Source of the DNA: Candidatus Omnitrophota bacterium
Lineage (GTDB): Bacteria; Omnitrophota; Omnitrophia; Omnitrophales; JACQQS01
NCBI GenBank assembly: GCA_016206925.1
Contig: JACQQS010000062.1
Coordinates: 9,254 to 73,253, forward strand
Direction of reading: 5' to 3'
Length of the DNA: 64,000 bases
The position numbers and the translations under genes were made by a program. The notes below the pieces were generated by a model. The model made no database searches and was not told the DNA's origin. It was given only the letters and a program-made list of their open reading frames with translations. Of the stretch, positions 1 to 8,044 are shown piece after piece. Every line of letters begins with the position of its first letter. Positions within the stretch are counted from its first letter, which is position 1.

Positions 1-417
1 GAGAACCAATTCAACCTCTTTTCCGGCACGAAGCCGCATTTCCGATTCCAGCCCCGTTTTTATGTTTGAGCTCTCTTCAAGAAACATACCGGCGTGCGCT
101 TGCTGCTTGCCGGCGGCTGAACGGACGAGCGCATCTTTGCCTGATACCGATTGGACAAGACACGAAGTCGTCAGATCGGTCGAAACGGAATTTGGTGATT
201 TTGCCAGAAAGGGAATAATAACCGCAATTGCGCAGGTAAGTAGTGGGAATGACCACAGGGGGGAAAGTACAGGAACGAAAGGCGCGCGCGGCAGAGGAGC
301 GGCGGCTAGCACTTCTTCTACCGAGATGGCTTTAAAAGCTGGAGCCTCCATCTGCTTAAGGACTTCCAGGGCTTCTTTAATTTCTTTTTCGTCGTTTTTG
401 CTGAATCCTGTTTGCAT
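1..417 (-). CDS. partial ORF (N-terminal ~139 codons, continues past window start); hypothetical protein with one hydrophobic segment
   Basis: Minus-strand frame open from ATG at 415-417 to position 1 without a stop (MQTGFSKNDEKEIKEALEVLKQMEAP...LLTCAIAVIIPFL). Absent from the ORF track because no stop lies inside the window. No family recognised. Confidence 0.3.
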   Translation of the reverse strand, partial: MQTGFSKNDEKEIKEALEVLKQMEAPAFKAISVEEVLAAAPLPRAPFVPVLSPLWSFPLLTCAIAVIIPFLAKSPNSVSTDLTTSCLVQSVSGKDALVRSAAGKQQAHAGMFLEESSNIKTGLESEMRLRAGKEVELVL

Positions 418-519
418 ACAAACCCTTTCGATCTCTAAAAGGTTAGAGGCAGGCCGTGCTCTATTTATTCCATTTTTTTTACTCAAGTAAGAGAACTTAT
501 TTTCGGGCTGAAAGAAAGG

Positions 520-1125
520 CTATTTGACCAGCTCGCCTTTTTCGTCGAATGTCTGTGTGCGGTCGGGTTTACCGTCAAAATTAGAATCAATTTCACGGTG
601 TGTAAGATTACCATCCTTGTAATATTTCCACACATCCGGTTTACCGTCTTCGTTGGTATCCTGCTCCGAATGTTCAAGTCGTGTGCTTTCATCGAAGAAC
701 TCTTTGAAATCAAAAACATTATCGCGGTCAAGATCACGTTCCCTTACTGTCAAACTGCCGTGCGCGGAGAACGTTTCGGTTACGTCGACGACTCGGTCAA
801 AATTTTCGTCCGCTTTTCGGAATTGCCAATGTTCGCCGACGGTATCGATCCACTCATCCAGTTTGCCGTCGTAATTGCGATCACTGTTAATTCTGAATAG
901 CTTCCCGTCGGTGCGATAGTAATAGACATCCGGTTTCTTGTCGCCGTCGCGGTCTTCCGTAGTCACCTCAACGGGTATTGCTTGGCGGGGTTTTGCAACA
1001 GCTTGAAACATGCGCAAAGCGCTTTCGGATTTTCGCCGCACTGCATACGCGATCAGGACAACCGCGAATAAAATAACGACCCCGACAGAAATCCAATTCT
1101 TGCGCACAAGTTTTCTTAATGTCAT
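520..1125 (-). CDS. membrane-anchored repeat protein (N-terminal TM helix, then ~5 Asp/Gly/Lys-rich repeats of DGKPD-type); co-oriented immediately downstream of the ECF sigma factor
   Basis: 201 aa. Residues 11-29 are hydrophobic (ISVGVVILFAVVLIAYAV). Repeated D-x-DGK-x-D ... W/YY motifs follow. A 3-nt gap from the upstream sigma gene suggests co-transcription. Confidence 0.6.
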   Translation of the reverse strand: MTLRKLVRKNWISVGVVILFAVVLIAYAVRRKSESALRMFQAVAKPRQAIPVEVTTEDRDGDKKPDVYYYRTDGKLFRINSDRNYDGKLDEWIDTVGEHWQFRKADENFDRVVDVTETFSAHGSLTVRERDLDRDNVFDFKEFFDESTRLEHSEQDTNEDGKPDVWKYYKDGNLTHREIDSNFDGKPDRTQTFDEKGELVK

Positions 1126-1128
1126 AGG

Positions 1129-1734
1129 TTATCCGGTATTTTCCCTGTTCAAACTGGATTGCTTTAACTTTGCCAAGAGTCTCTTTCGTCCACGGTTTAG
1201 ACGGCTCATGACCGTTCCTATAGAAATATCGAGCGTTTTCGAAATTTCTTCATAGCTGAATTCCTCAAGGTCGCGCAGAACAATGACTTCGTAATACTTC
1301 GGCGGAAGGGATTTAATGGCGCGGCGCACCTGCTCAATTTTTTCCTTCTGTTCCGTCTGCTCGCGGGGTGATTTTTGCCTCGAAATGAACTCCCGTTTTG
1401 CCCTTTCTACTAGTTCGTCCGCCGTCTGGGACGATATGCTTTCGGCCGTTTGCTGTACGCGGAACCGCCGGCTGTTCATTTCCCGATAGCAGGTTCTAAT
1501 GGCTATCCGGTAGAGCCATGTGTAGAAACCGGACTGCCCCCTGAACGTGTTTATGGCTTGATAAGCCTTGAGCAGGGATTCCTGCAATATATCCCGCGCT
1601 TCTTCGGCGTTTCCGACAAAGCGGTAAATCGTGCGGTAAAGCTGCGGTTGAAGATTTTGAACAAGCTCGGCAAAGGCGGCATGATCTCCATGTTTCGCGA
1701 AGTCAATAAGTTCGGTTTCTCGCGTTCTTTGCAT
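1129..1734 (-). CDS. RNA polymerase ECF-type sigma-70 family factor
   Basis: 201 aa with region-2-like LLKAYQAINTFRGQSGFYTWLYRIAIRTCYRE and region-4 HTH YEEISKTLDISIGTVMSRLNRGRKRL. Size and layout are typical of ECF sigma factors. Confidence 0.85.
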   Translation of the reverse strand: MQRTRETELIDFAKHGDHAAFAELVQNLQPQLYRTIYRFVGNAEEARDILQESLLKAYQAINTFRGQSGFYTWLYRIAIRTCYREMNSRRFRVQQTAESISSQTADELVERAKREFISRQKSPREQTEQKEKIEQVRRAIKSLPPKYYEVIVLRDLEEFSYEEISKTLDISIGTVMSRLNRGRKRLLAKLKQSSLNRENTG

Positions 1735-1793
1735 ATTAAATTTGCAGTCCGGGCATCTTGCGGGGCGGGAAGCCCCGCCTACGGCATCAAATT

Positions 1794-3026
1794 TTACGGC
1801 CGGACATAAAGCGCCGCACCGCCGATCCCCATTTCGGTTACCCGGAATGTAACGGTTTCATCATCAAATGTCACAACGTCGTCCATAGCGGGATCGTCAT
1901 CATAATCATATCGGCCCGTTTCGTCAAATGTGAGCAGATCAAATCCTTTGGCAACCGGCGAAAAGACGGGGCGTGTAAGCACATTTTTCCCTACAGGATA
2001 TTCAATGACATAATCGATTAAAGCCGGCTGTTCCTCGATCAAATCAAACTTAAGGCGCGCCAGCCAGGGCTGTCCGGTTGATGACTCAATTTCAAAAGTC
2101 AGCATGGATTTCTCTTTAACGCCCGTGATGTTTACGATTGCGAGCGATCGAATCGCCCTGCTGTTTGGGATAACAACCTCGGTGCCTTCCGTCAGGACAA
2201 TTCCGGATGCGGCCCAGCCCAAATTTCTCATGTTCATGAATTGCATGATGGTCTTTTTTGTCGCTCCCTTTTTCCCGCTGATTAAAACCTTTGCCGCGGT
2301 AATTTGCTGCCGTTGTTCGTCTTCGAGAAATTCTTCTCCGGCCAGCGGCTGAATTTCCAGATTAACGTTGGAGAAATACTGAAATCGAGTGTCCATAAAC
2401 GAAACGCCAAAACTATTTTTTCCGAGGACTTCCGAACTTCCCAGGTAATCACGGGTAATTTCCCCTTTCGCATCGTCCCAATGGATGCGCATGATCGTCA
2501 GCGGATTTTTTAGGTGATCCGGCCGGTATATCACGCGCAGCTGTGCGCCGTCCGGCAATTCATCCAGGATCTGCACGCGGTCATGTTCTTCCGGCGGGTC
2601 TTTTGCGTCGCCGGGCAAAAAAGCAGTCCGAATATTTCTAAAAGAATCAGAATCTTCTGCGCGAATTTGTCCTTTGGGGACCGGCGAGCCTTTAAGGTAT
2701 GGGTATGAAAGAGGAAATGTTTGCTCTTCGTTCCGAAACCGGTCGGGCTCGAAATATTCCATAATAAGCGGCACAAAGCCGATGGAATGTGCGGAAGCTT
2801 CCGTAACGACCAGAGCATCTACGATGCCGGGGCTTACGTAATCTCCTTCACTGATTTGATTGACGAGCGCCGGGATCATCGCTTCAATAGAGGCCATTTC
2901 ATCACCAAATCGCCAGGTTTCCATGGCGGCGTTAAAAATCATGCCGATGGCTCCTCCCACGATGGTTGTTAGCGTTATTGCAATCAGGAGCTCTACCAGC
3001 GTTACGCCGTTCTTAGCAATTTTCAT
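1794..3026 (-). CDS. large (410 aa) prepilin-type N-terminal cleavage/methylation domain protein; minor pilin or pseudopilin, possibly tip-associated
   Basis: N-terminus MKIAKNG|VTLVELLIAITLTTIVGGAIG matches the class III signal (G followed by hydrophobic stretch with Glu at +5) followed by a hydrophobic helix. Last gene of the pilin cassette. Confidence 0.7.
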   Translation of the reverse strand: MKIAKNGVTLVELLIAITLTTIVGGAIGMIFNAAMETWRFGDEMASIEAMIPALVNQISEGDYVSPGIVDALVVTEASAHSIGFVPLIMEYFEPDRFRNEEQTFPLSYPYLKGSPVPKGQIRAEDSDSFRNIRTAFLPGDAKDPPEEHDRVQILDELPDGAQLRVIYRPDHLKNPLTIMRIHWDDAKGEITRDYLGSSEVLGKNSFGVSFMDTRFQYFSNVNLEIQPLAGEEFLEDEQRQQITAAKVLISGKKGATKKTIMQFMNMRNLGWAASGIVLTEGTEVVIPNSRAIRSLAIVNITGVKEKSMLTFEIESSTGQPWLARLKFDLIEEQPALIDYVIEYPVGKNVLTRPVFSPVAKGFDLLTFDETGRYDYDDDPAMDDVVTFDDETVTFRVTEMGIGGAALYVRP

Positions 3027-3041
3027 AACTTCCGGATAGTT

Positions 3042-3479
3042 TTATGTATTGACATCTTCGATCAATGTCGCTAATGAGACCAGCGGTTCGGTCAGGATTT
3101 CATCTTTAAAGACAGCAACATGAATTTTAAGCGGATCGGTTCCCTCGTCCAAATACTGGTGAATGCGCCAACGGGAACCATTCAACTCGATGGGAGGTTC
3201 ATCGGCCAGAGGAAAATAAGCATCTCCGCGCGCTATCAACTGGTTTTCAGAAAGCCGGAAGTTTCGAATTCTTTCCATCCCCTCTCTCGCCAGCGCTAAC
3301 GCCGTGTTCATCTCGGAGATGTAATTTAACTGCGCCACGCTTCGCGAAAACATTTCCATGCAGGGAAGGAAAAAAATGGAAAGAATCAGGAGCGTGAGAA
3401 GTATTTCCAGATACGAGAAGGCGTAAAAATTATTGAGTTTGCCGGGCAAATGCGATTTGAATCGTCCGCGTCGTATCAT
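3042..3479 (-). CDS. minor pseudopilin (GspH/I/J-like), prepilin-type N-terminus
   Basis: 145 aa. ...NNFYA|FSYLEILLTLLILSIFF gives a Glu at +5 after a probable Ala cleavage site, then a hydrophobic helix. It overlaps the upstream pseudopilin gene by 50 nt. Confidence 0.6.
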   Translation of the reverse strand: MIRRGRFKSHLPGKLNNFYAFSYLEILLTLLILSIFFLPCMEMFSRSVAQLNYISEMNTALALAREGMERIRNFRLSENQLIARGDAYFPLADEPPIELNGSRWRIHQYLDEGTDPLKIHVAVFKDEILTEPLVSLATLIEDVNT

Positions 3480-3879
3480 TTACGATTCCCTGGGAGGTCA
3501 ACGTTCGCTCGATCGGATGATAAACAACTTCGAACACGCCGTCGTCAAAAGGTGTTTCGGATACGTTTCCCGGTCCGTTACTGTCGGGATCGTAATCCGT
3601 CTTAAGCTCATGAATGGCTTGGCTGATGCCCGCCTCAGCTACGTAGAATGCTTTGAGCCGGTCATAATCGAGCATCATCATTTCCGAGCGCCAGAAAACC
3701 ATGGAAACCAGTGCTGCGCCGAACATAGAAAGAGAAACTAACCCGATGAGGGCTACGAGAAGTATAGCGCCGCGGCGATTTGACAACAAACGGTAACGAG
3801 TAACGCGTAACGAGTAACGAGAGCGAGTAGACGCAACGCAGGCCTTGCTAACTGTACTATTGAAATTACGTCTGCTCAT
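3430..3879 (-). CDS. pseudopilin-like protein with GspK-type N-terminus (no Glu+5)
   Basis: The ORF runs from ATG 3879, but a GspK-like N-terminus ...RRGAILLVALIGLVSLSMFGAALVSMV appears only after a 35-aa leader. The true start may be a TTG near 3786-3789. A heptamer repeat array sits in the 5' region. Confidence 0.5.
   Translation of the reverse strand: MSRRNFNSTVSKACVASTRSRYSLRVTRYRLLSNRRGAILLVALIGLVSLSMFGAALVSMVFWRSEMMMLDYDRLKAFYVAEAGISQAIHELKTDYDPDSNGPGNVSETPFDDGVFEVVYHPIERTLTSQGIVNDTTRTIQIAFARQTQ
3793..3820. repeat. tandem heptanucleotide array (GTAACGM)x4
   Basis: Read directly: gtaacga gtaacgc gtaacga gtaacga. Lies inside the annotated 5' coding region of ORF 3430..3879. Confidence 0.8.
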
Positions 3880-3902
3880 GTGGAAGTGAAAGGCTGCTTA
3901 TT

Positions 3903-3930
3903 TCGTTACCCGTTACCTGTTACTTGTTAC
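3903..3930. repeat. tandem heptanucleotide array (NNGTTAC)x4, the inverted complement of the 3793-3820 array
   Basis: Read directly: tcgttac ccgttac ctgttac ttgttac. Lies in the 50-nt spacer between the gspG-like stop (3933) and the ATG at 3879. Confidence 0.8.
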
Positions 3931-3932
3931 CC

Positions 3933-4376
3933 TCACCATTTGCTTGGTATTTCCCCTTTGTAGTCCCCCCAATCCTGATCCAGCTCATCGGTAATGTCCA
4001 CCAGCACTTTCGCCTTGTCCGTTATGTAAACCCAACCACCGTCATTCGGGACAGGATCACTTAGCGGCAGATCATCGTAAGTATTATTTCCCTTTTTATC
4101 ACTGATCAATTCGGCCGGCAGCTCCTCGAGGTACTCTTTTTCAATGCCGACGTCGTTATACGTTTCGGTGACCAGCTCTTCCAGCGATTCGGGATAACGG
4201 CCTTCCTTTGCACGAAACAAAGTGATTCGCGATCGAAGCATATCCAGATTGCTCTTTGTCGCCGCAATGCGCGCTTCCGAATCAAAACCGATGAAATTGG
4301 GTATGACCGCCATGGCGAGAATGGCCAGGATGCTTACGACGATAAGAATTTCTAATAGGGTAAATCCTTTTTTCAT
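3933..4376 (-). CDS. gspG: type II secretion major pseudopilin GspG-like (type IV pilin fold)
   Basis: MKKG|FTLLEILIVVSILAILAMAVIPNF is a canonical GspG/PulG N-terminus; 147 aa. Confidence 0.8.
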   Translation of the reverse strand: MKKGFTLLEILIVVSILAILAMAVIPNFIGFDSEARIAATKSNLDMLRSRITLFRAKEGRYPESLEELVTETYNDVGIEKEYLEELPAELISDKKGNNTYDDLPLSDPVPNDGGWVYITDKAKVLVDITDELDQDWGDYKGEIPSKW

Positions 4377-4440
4377 TTGCCCTCCTATGTCATTGCCTAA
4401 ACCGTAGGCGGGGTACTGCGCGGTCGGCGCGGCGCCCTGG

Positions 4441-4746
4441 CTACGCAGACTGCGGTCTTTTCATCACATAGTAGCCGCCGGTTTGCGTTGTAACCAGCGC
4501 TCCGAGCTCCCAGCCATCGCGGCCAAGCTCATTTAATTCGTTTTCAAATACCGGTAATTTGGCATCGGTTAGGCTTATCACCCGGTACTCCCACGTTACT
4601 TTATCCACTCTTGCTTCGATGGTGCCCGTCCACTTTAACCCGCCGAGAAAAGCGTACGCAGTGGCCGACATAAACACGATCAAAAGTATAGCTGCATGTA
4701 TCTTGTAAAAAAAATTTATTTTCATATTTACCTCAAGCTTCGTCAT
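4441..4746 (-). CDS. small membrane-anchored protein, DUF4177-like C-terminus
   Basis: 101 aa. N-terminal TM (AAILLIVFMSATAYAFLGG) and C-terminal ...LNELGRDGWELGALVTTQTGGYYVMKRP, which resembles the DUF4177 signature. Confidence 0.45.
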   Translation of the reverse strand: MTKLEVNMKINFFYKIHAAILLIVFMSATAYAFLGGLKWTGTIEARVDKVTWEYRVISLTDAKLPVFENELNELGRDGWELGALVTTQTGGYYVMKRPQSA

Positions 4747-4797
4747 CCCCGCGAAAGCGGGAATCCAGGATTTAGATCCCCGCTTTCGCGGGGATGA
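4742..4797. repeat. 56-nt palindromic REP-like element (20-bp perfect inverted arms GTCATCCCCGCGAAAGCGGG / CCCGCTTTCGCGGGGATGAC)
   Basis: Read directly. Lies in the spacer between gspF/pilC-2 and the DUF4177-like gene. Each arm contains a CCCGC-GNRA-GCGGG mini-hairpin. A related copy is at 14425-14482. Confidence 0.75.
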
Positions 4798-4812
4798 CCA
4801 CCATTGTTTCTG

Positions 4813-6030
4813 TCATTTTCTGAAGACCTTTACCAAGTTGAATATCGGCAGCAGTACGGAAAGCGCGATAAATGCCACAACGCCTCCCATCATCAACAGA
4901 AGCACGGGCTCAAGCAGGGATGTCAAATTATCAACGGTCGTGGTCACCTCTATATCGTAGAAGTCCGCGATGTCCGTCAGCATTTGATCGAGTTTTCCGG
5001 AATCTTCGCCCGCGGAAAGCATTTGAATAACCATCGGCGGAAAAAAACCGCTCATAGCCAGCGGTTCCGTTAATTTCTTGCCCTCGGTAATTTGCCCCTG
5101 TACATTTTGAAGCACTCGGACAATGACCAGATTGTCCATGGTCTGCTCCACAATTTTTAAGGCCTGCAGAATGGGCACGCCGCTTCGGATTAGCACGGCC
5201 AGTGAGCGGGTAAGCGACGCAATGATCGCTTTTAGGATCAAATCACCGCCGATCGGGAGTCTGAGAAAAAATAAGCCGATGTAGTAACGGCCGGTTTCTG
5301 TAAACCAGAGCCGGCGGAGGGCAAAACCGGCGGCAAGAAGGGCGATTAAGATGAGCCACCAGAATGTTTGAAGGAAACCGCTAAAGGACAGCAGTATTTT
5401 TGTCGGAAGTGGCAGCGGAACATCCGAGGAAAGAAAAATCTGACTAAATTGCGGGATGATTCGGACGAGAAGGAAGACAACGACGGCAATACCTGCCAAG
5501 AGAAGCACGATCGGGTACGTAAATGCAGAGCGGACTTTTGCGCGAAGCTGCTGTTCACGTGTGCCCAATTCGGATAATCGTGTAAGCGATTCATCAAGAC
5601 CGCCGGTATTTTCCCCCACCTGCACCAGGTTGATGAAAAGGTTTGAGAATATCTTGGGGTATAACGCTAAGGCTTGGGAGAGTGCCCGGCCGGCGCGGAT
5701 TTCATCAGTGATATGCCGGAGAATTTGCCGGAGCTTGTCAATCGGTGTTTGTTCTGCACAGCTTTCAAGCGCCGTCAGAATTGGAATGTTGGCGCCTAGC
5801 ATGGCGCCTAACTGCCGCGTGACCACGAGTACTTCTTGACGCGGAATTCCCCTGATCCGCTGCGTAAACCGATCGAAGGCTTTTTCGATAGGGTGCGGTT
5901 CTGAAATGGAAATGACATTATAACCGAGCCGTTTTAAGTTCTGTGCAAGTACCATCCGCCCATCGGCTTGCACCGTTCCCGCTAATAATGACCCAAATCG
6001 ATCACGTGCCCGATACCGGAATTTCGGCAT
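4813..6030 (-). CDS. type II secretion / type IV pilus inner-membrane platform protein (GspF/PilC family), copy 2
   Basis: 405 aa with two T2SS-F-like repeats and three predicted TM regions. Paralogous to ORF 19350..20567. Confidence 0.85.
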   Translation of the reverse strand: MPKFRYRARDRFGSLLAGTVQADGRMVLAQNLKRLGYNVISISEPHPIEKAFDRFTQRIRGIPRQEVLVVTRQLGAMLGANIPILTALESCAEQTPIDKLRQILRHITDEIRAGRALSQALALYPKIFSNLFINLVQVGENTGGLDESLTRLSELGTREQQLRAKVRSAFTYPIVLLLAGIAVVVFLLVRIIPQFSQIFLSSDVPLPLPTKILLSFSGFLQTFWWLILIALLAAGFALRRLWFTETGRYYIGLFFLRLPIGGDLILKAIIASLTRSLAVLIRSGVPILQALKIVEQTMDNLVIVRVLQNVQGQITEGKKLTEPLAMSGFFPPMVIQMLSAGEDSGKLDQMLTDIADFYDIEVTTTVDNLTSLLEPVLLLMMGGVVAFIALSVLLPIFNLVKVFRK

Positions 6031-8044
6031 GTGCTAATTTCCCGACCTCTTCGGTTGATACTTCAAGTATATCCAGCCGCTCGTGCAAATCTTTTTGGCG
6101 CTTTTCGAGCCGCTTGGCTTCGCTTTCCATTCTTTTTTTGAGCTTTTCCATTTGACGAAGGGCGTTATCGGCATAACCGCTGCCCGGCTGCTCCGTGACA
6201 ATGTAACGGTAGACTTCATAAGCTTGCGGGAGATTATTCAACTTCGATTCGTAAAGTTCGGCTGAGCGGTTGAGAGCGTCATCTGCTAAAGCATCTTTCG
6301 GATGGGCTTCAGCAAACCGATGATAGGAGCTGGCCGCTTCCCGATAGTATTGACGCTGAACGTTACGGAAGCGCCGCGAATCATATTTATGCCTTGCCGC
6401 ATTTTCAAACCATTCTGCCCGTTCGAAATAGTTTTTATCTTGCGCTTCGTGGGGAGTCACCGGTAAGTCGAGCGCGTCTTGAATCCCATCTTTTCTAAAA
6501 GGAGAAATAAGCTGCTCATGTTTAATTTCGGCGCCGTCCTTTTCCTCGAGTTGGCGGGCAAGCGCTTCTTTGTCTTCCGGATTCACTCGATCGGCTGAAT
6601 AAAGAATATGCGGCGTCAGGAAAATCACGAGCTCCTTAGTCTCGCGGCTGTTGGCAAAGTTGCCTAAGATCTGTCCCAAAATGGGGATATGGCTGAAAAG
6701 CGGAAGCGATGAAGCCGTTTCTGAATACTCATCTTTGAGCAGGCCCGCGATGACGATGGTTTGGCGATCCGGAACGCGCACAAAGGTGGAGGCTTCCCGC
6801 GTGGTAATCCGCGGTAAATTGTCGACGAAACTGCTGATCGAGCTGACCTCTGTCGTTATTTCCATGGTAACAAAGCCCGCCCTGTTTATAGTGGGGGTTA
6901 CTTTAAGCGTGATGCCGACATCTACGAAGCGGACGCTTTCTATGGTACCACTTGCCGTTTGCGTCTGCTCACGAATGCCTACTTTTTCACCGATAACGAT
7001 CTTCGCGGCCTGATTATTTAAAACCGCCACGCGCGGGGCGGAAAGCAGATTGGCTTTTGTTTTTTGCATGAGCGAGTCAAACGTAAACGAGTTGGAAGGA
7101 GTAAAAAGGGGCGTTGTGAACGATGACACGATATCGTCACCGCTCAAAGATCCGGAAGGACCGGGCAAATTGTAGTCAAAATTCCACGTATGCGTACCTT
7201 CGGATAGAACAGCGGAGTAATTGATATCAACGTCCGCGCCCAAATTCGCCAGATCTTTTGGATCGATATCAACCAACTTGGCTTCGATGATGACCTGCGG
7301 CGGCGGTATGTCAACTTTATACAGTAAGTCCTTTGCTTTCTCTATCCCGCTAGCGGTGTCGGTGATGATTAACTCGTTCACCTTCTCATTGATTTTCAAG
7401 TCACCGGCCTCGGTCATGACGTTTTTAAATAAATCGCTCACGTCAGAGGCTTCCGAAAACTCCAGCCGCAGCACCTCTGTTTTTAAAGATTGGTCTTCCG
7501 CTACGATGGTAATAATATTTCCTTCCATAATATAGGCGTACTTGTTCAAACCGAGAATCGCCTCAAGCGCTTTCTCCAGCGTGACATCTTTAAGGCTGAC
7601 AGAGACCTTCCCGGTAATTTCCTTGCCGGCAATAATGTTCAGGCCATAGGCTTTAGCTAAGGCGCTTAGCACGTCAGCGATTTCCGCTTCCTTGAAATCC
7701 AACGAGACAAGAATTTTGGAATCCGCCGGCGGTACGGCATTTTTAGGTGTATCTTTGGTCTCGTTGCTCGGCGCGGGTTGTTCGGGCATCAGCTTGCTTT
7801 CAGGTTGTTTTGTTTCTTTTATTTGCTGCTGCTCGGCGGTTTGTTCCGGGCCGGATGCCGGGTCGACAACTTCGGTTTTGGTTTCCTGCTGTTCTTGGGC
7901 AGTTTGCTGCGTTCTAGCGGCAGGTGCTTGATCCGTTCCTTTTGATTCGGCAAACGTAGCGATACGGCTCGAAATGATAATGCCGAGAAAACTAGCCGCT
8001 AGAAGGAATGCTGGTCGTCTATTCATTGACCTGCGTGATTTCAT
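6002..8044 (-). CDS. secretin (GspD/PilQ family) with Q/E/T/P-rich N-terminal low-complexity region and C-terminal TPR-like/coiled-coil extension
   Basis: 680 aa. Signal peptide, ~120-aa low-complexity region, N0/N1-like modules. Secretin core: ...LSAPRVAVLNNQAAKIVIGEKVGIREQTQTASG...VRVPDRQTIVIAGLL.... Confidence 0.85.
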   Translation of the reverse strand: MKSRRSMNRRPAFLLAASFLGIIISSRIATFAESKGTDQAPAARTQQTAQEQQETKTEVVDPASGPEQTAEQQQIKETKQPESKLMPEQPAPSNETKDTPKNAVPPADSKILVSLDFKEAEIADVLSALAKAYGLNIIAGKEITGKVSVSLKDVTLEKALEAILGLNKYAYIMEGNIITIVAEDQSLKTEVLRLEFSEASDVSDLFKNVMTEAGDLKINEKVNELIITDTASGIEKAKDLLYKVDIPPPQVIIEAKLVDIDPKDLANLGADVDINYSAVLSEGTHTWNFDYNLPGPSGSLSGDDIVSSFTTPLFTPSNSFTFDSLMQKTKANLLSAPRVAVLNNQAAKIVIGEKVGIREQTQTASGTIESVRFVDVGITLKVTPTINRAGFVTMEITTEVSSISSFVDNLPRITTREASTFVRVPDRQTIVIAGLLKDEYSETASSLPLFSHIPILGQILGNFANSRETKELVIFLTPHILYSADRVNPEDKEALARQLEEKDGAEIKHEQLISPFRKDGIQDALDLPVTPHEAQDKNYFERAEWFENAARHKYDSRRFRNVQRQYYREAASSYHRFAEAHPKDALADDALNRSAELYESKLNNLPQAYEVYRYIVTEQPGSGYADNALRQMEKLKKRMESEAKRLEKRQKDLHERLDILEVSTEEVGKLAHAEIPVSGT

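Noticed and set aside
62-490. Plus-strand 142-aa ORF at the window start
   Set aside because: Low-complexity, Ala/Arg/Ser-rich translation with no family resemblance. It overlaps a minus-strand open frame that runs to the window edge and sits in a region where every other gene is on the minus strand. Treated as a shadow ORF.
520-522. Frame stays open after the TAG stop of ORF 520..1125 all the way to position 1 (possible stop-codon read-through)
   Set aside because: Same-frame continuation has a 1/3 chance by coincidence. An ATG at 417 with its own hydrophobic segment makes an independent downstream gene the simpler explanation.
520-1125. Calling the ECF-adjacent membrane protein an anti-sigma factor
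   Set aside because: The cytoplasmic N-terminus before the TM helix is only ~10 residues, too short for a sigma-binding anti-sigma domain. Kept as a membrane repeat protein of unknown role.
3433-3741. Plus-strand 102-aa ORF overlapping the pseudopilin genes
   Set aside because: Antisense to two overlapping prepilin-type genes with clear N-terminal signatures. No motif support.
3793-3930. Heptamer repeat arrays as a possible CRISPR array
   Set aside because: The repeat unit is only 7 nt with no spacers, and the two arrays are inverted relative to each other. No cas genes in the window. Interpreted as simple-sequence repeats, not CRISPR.
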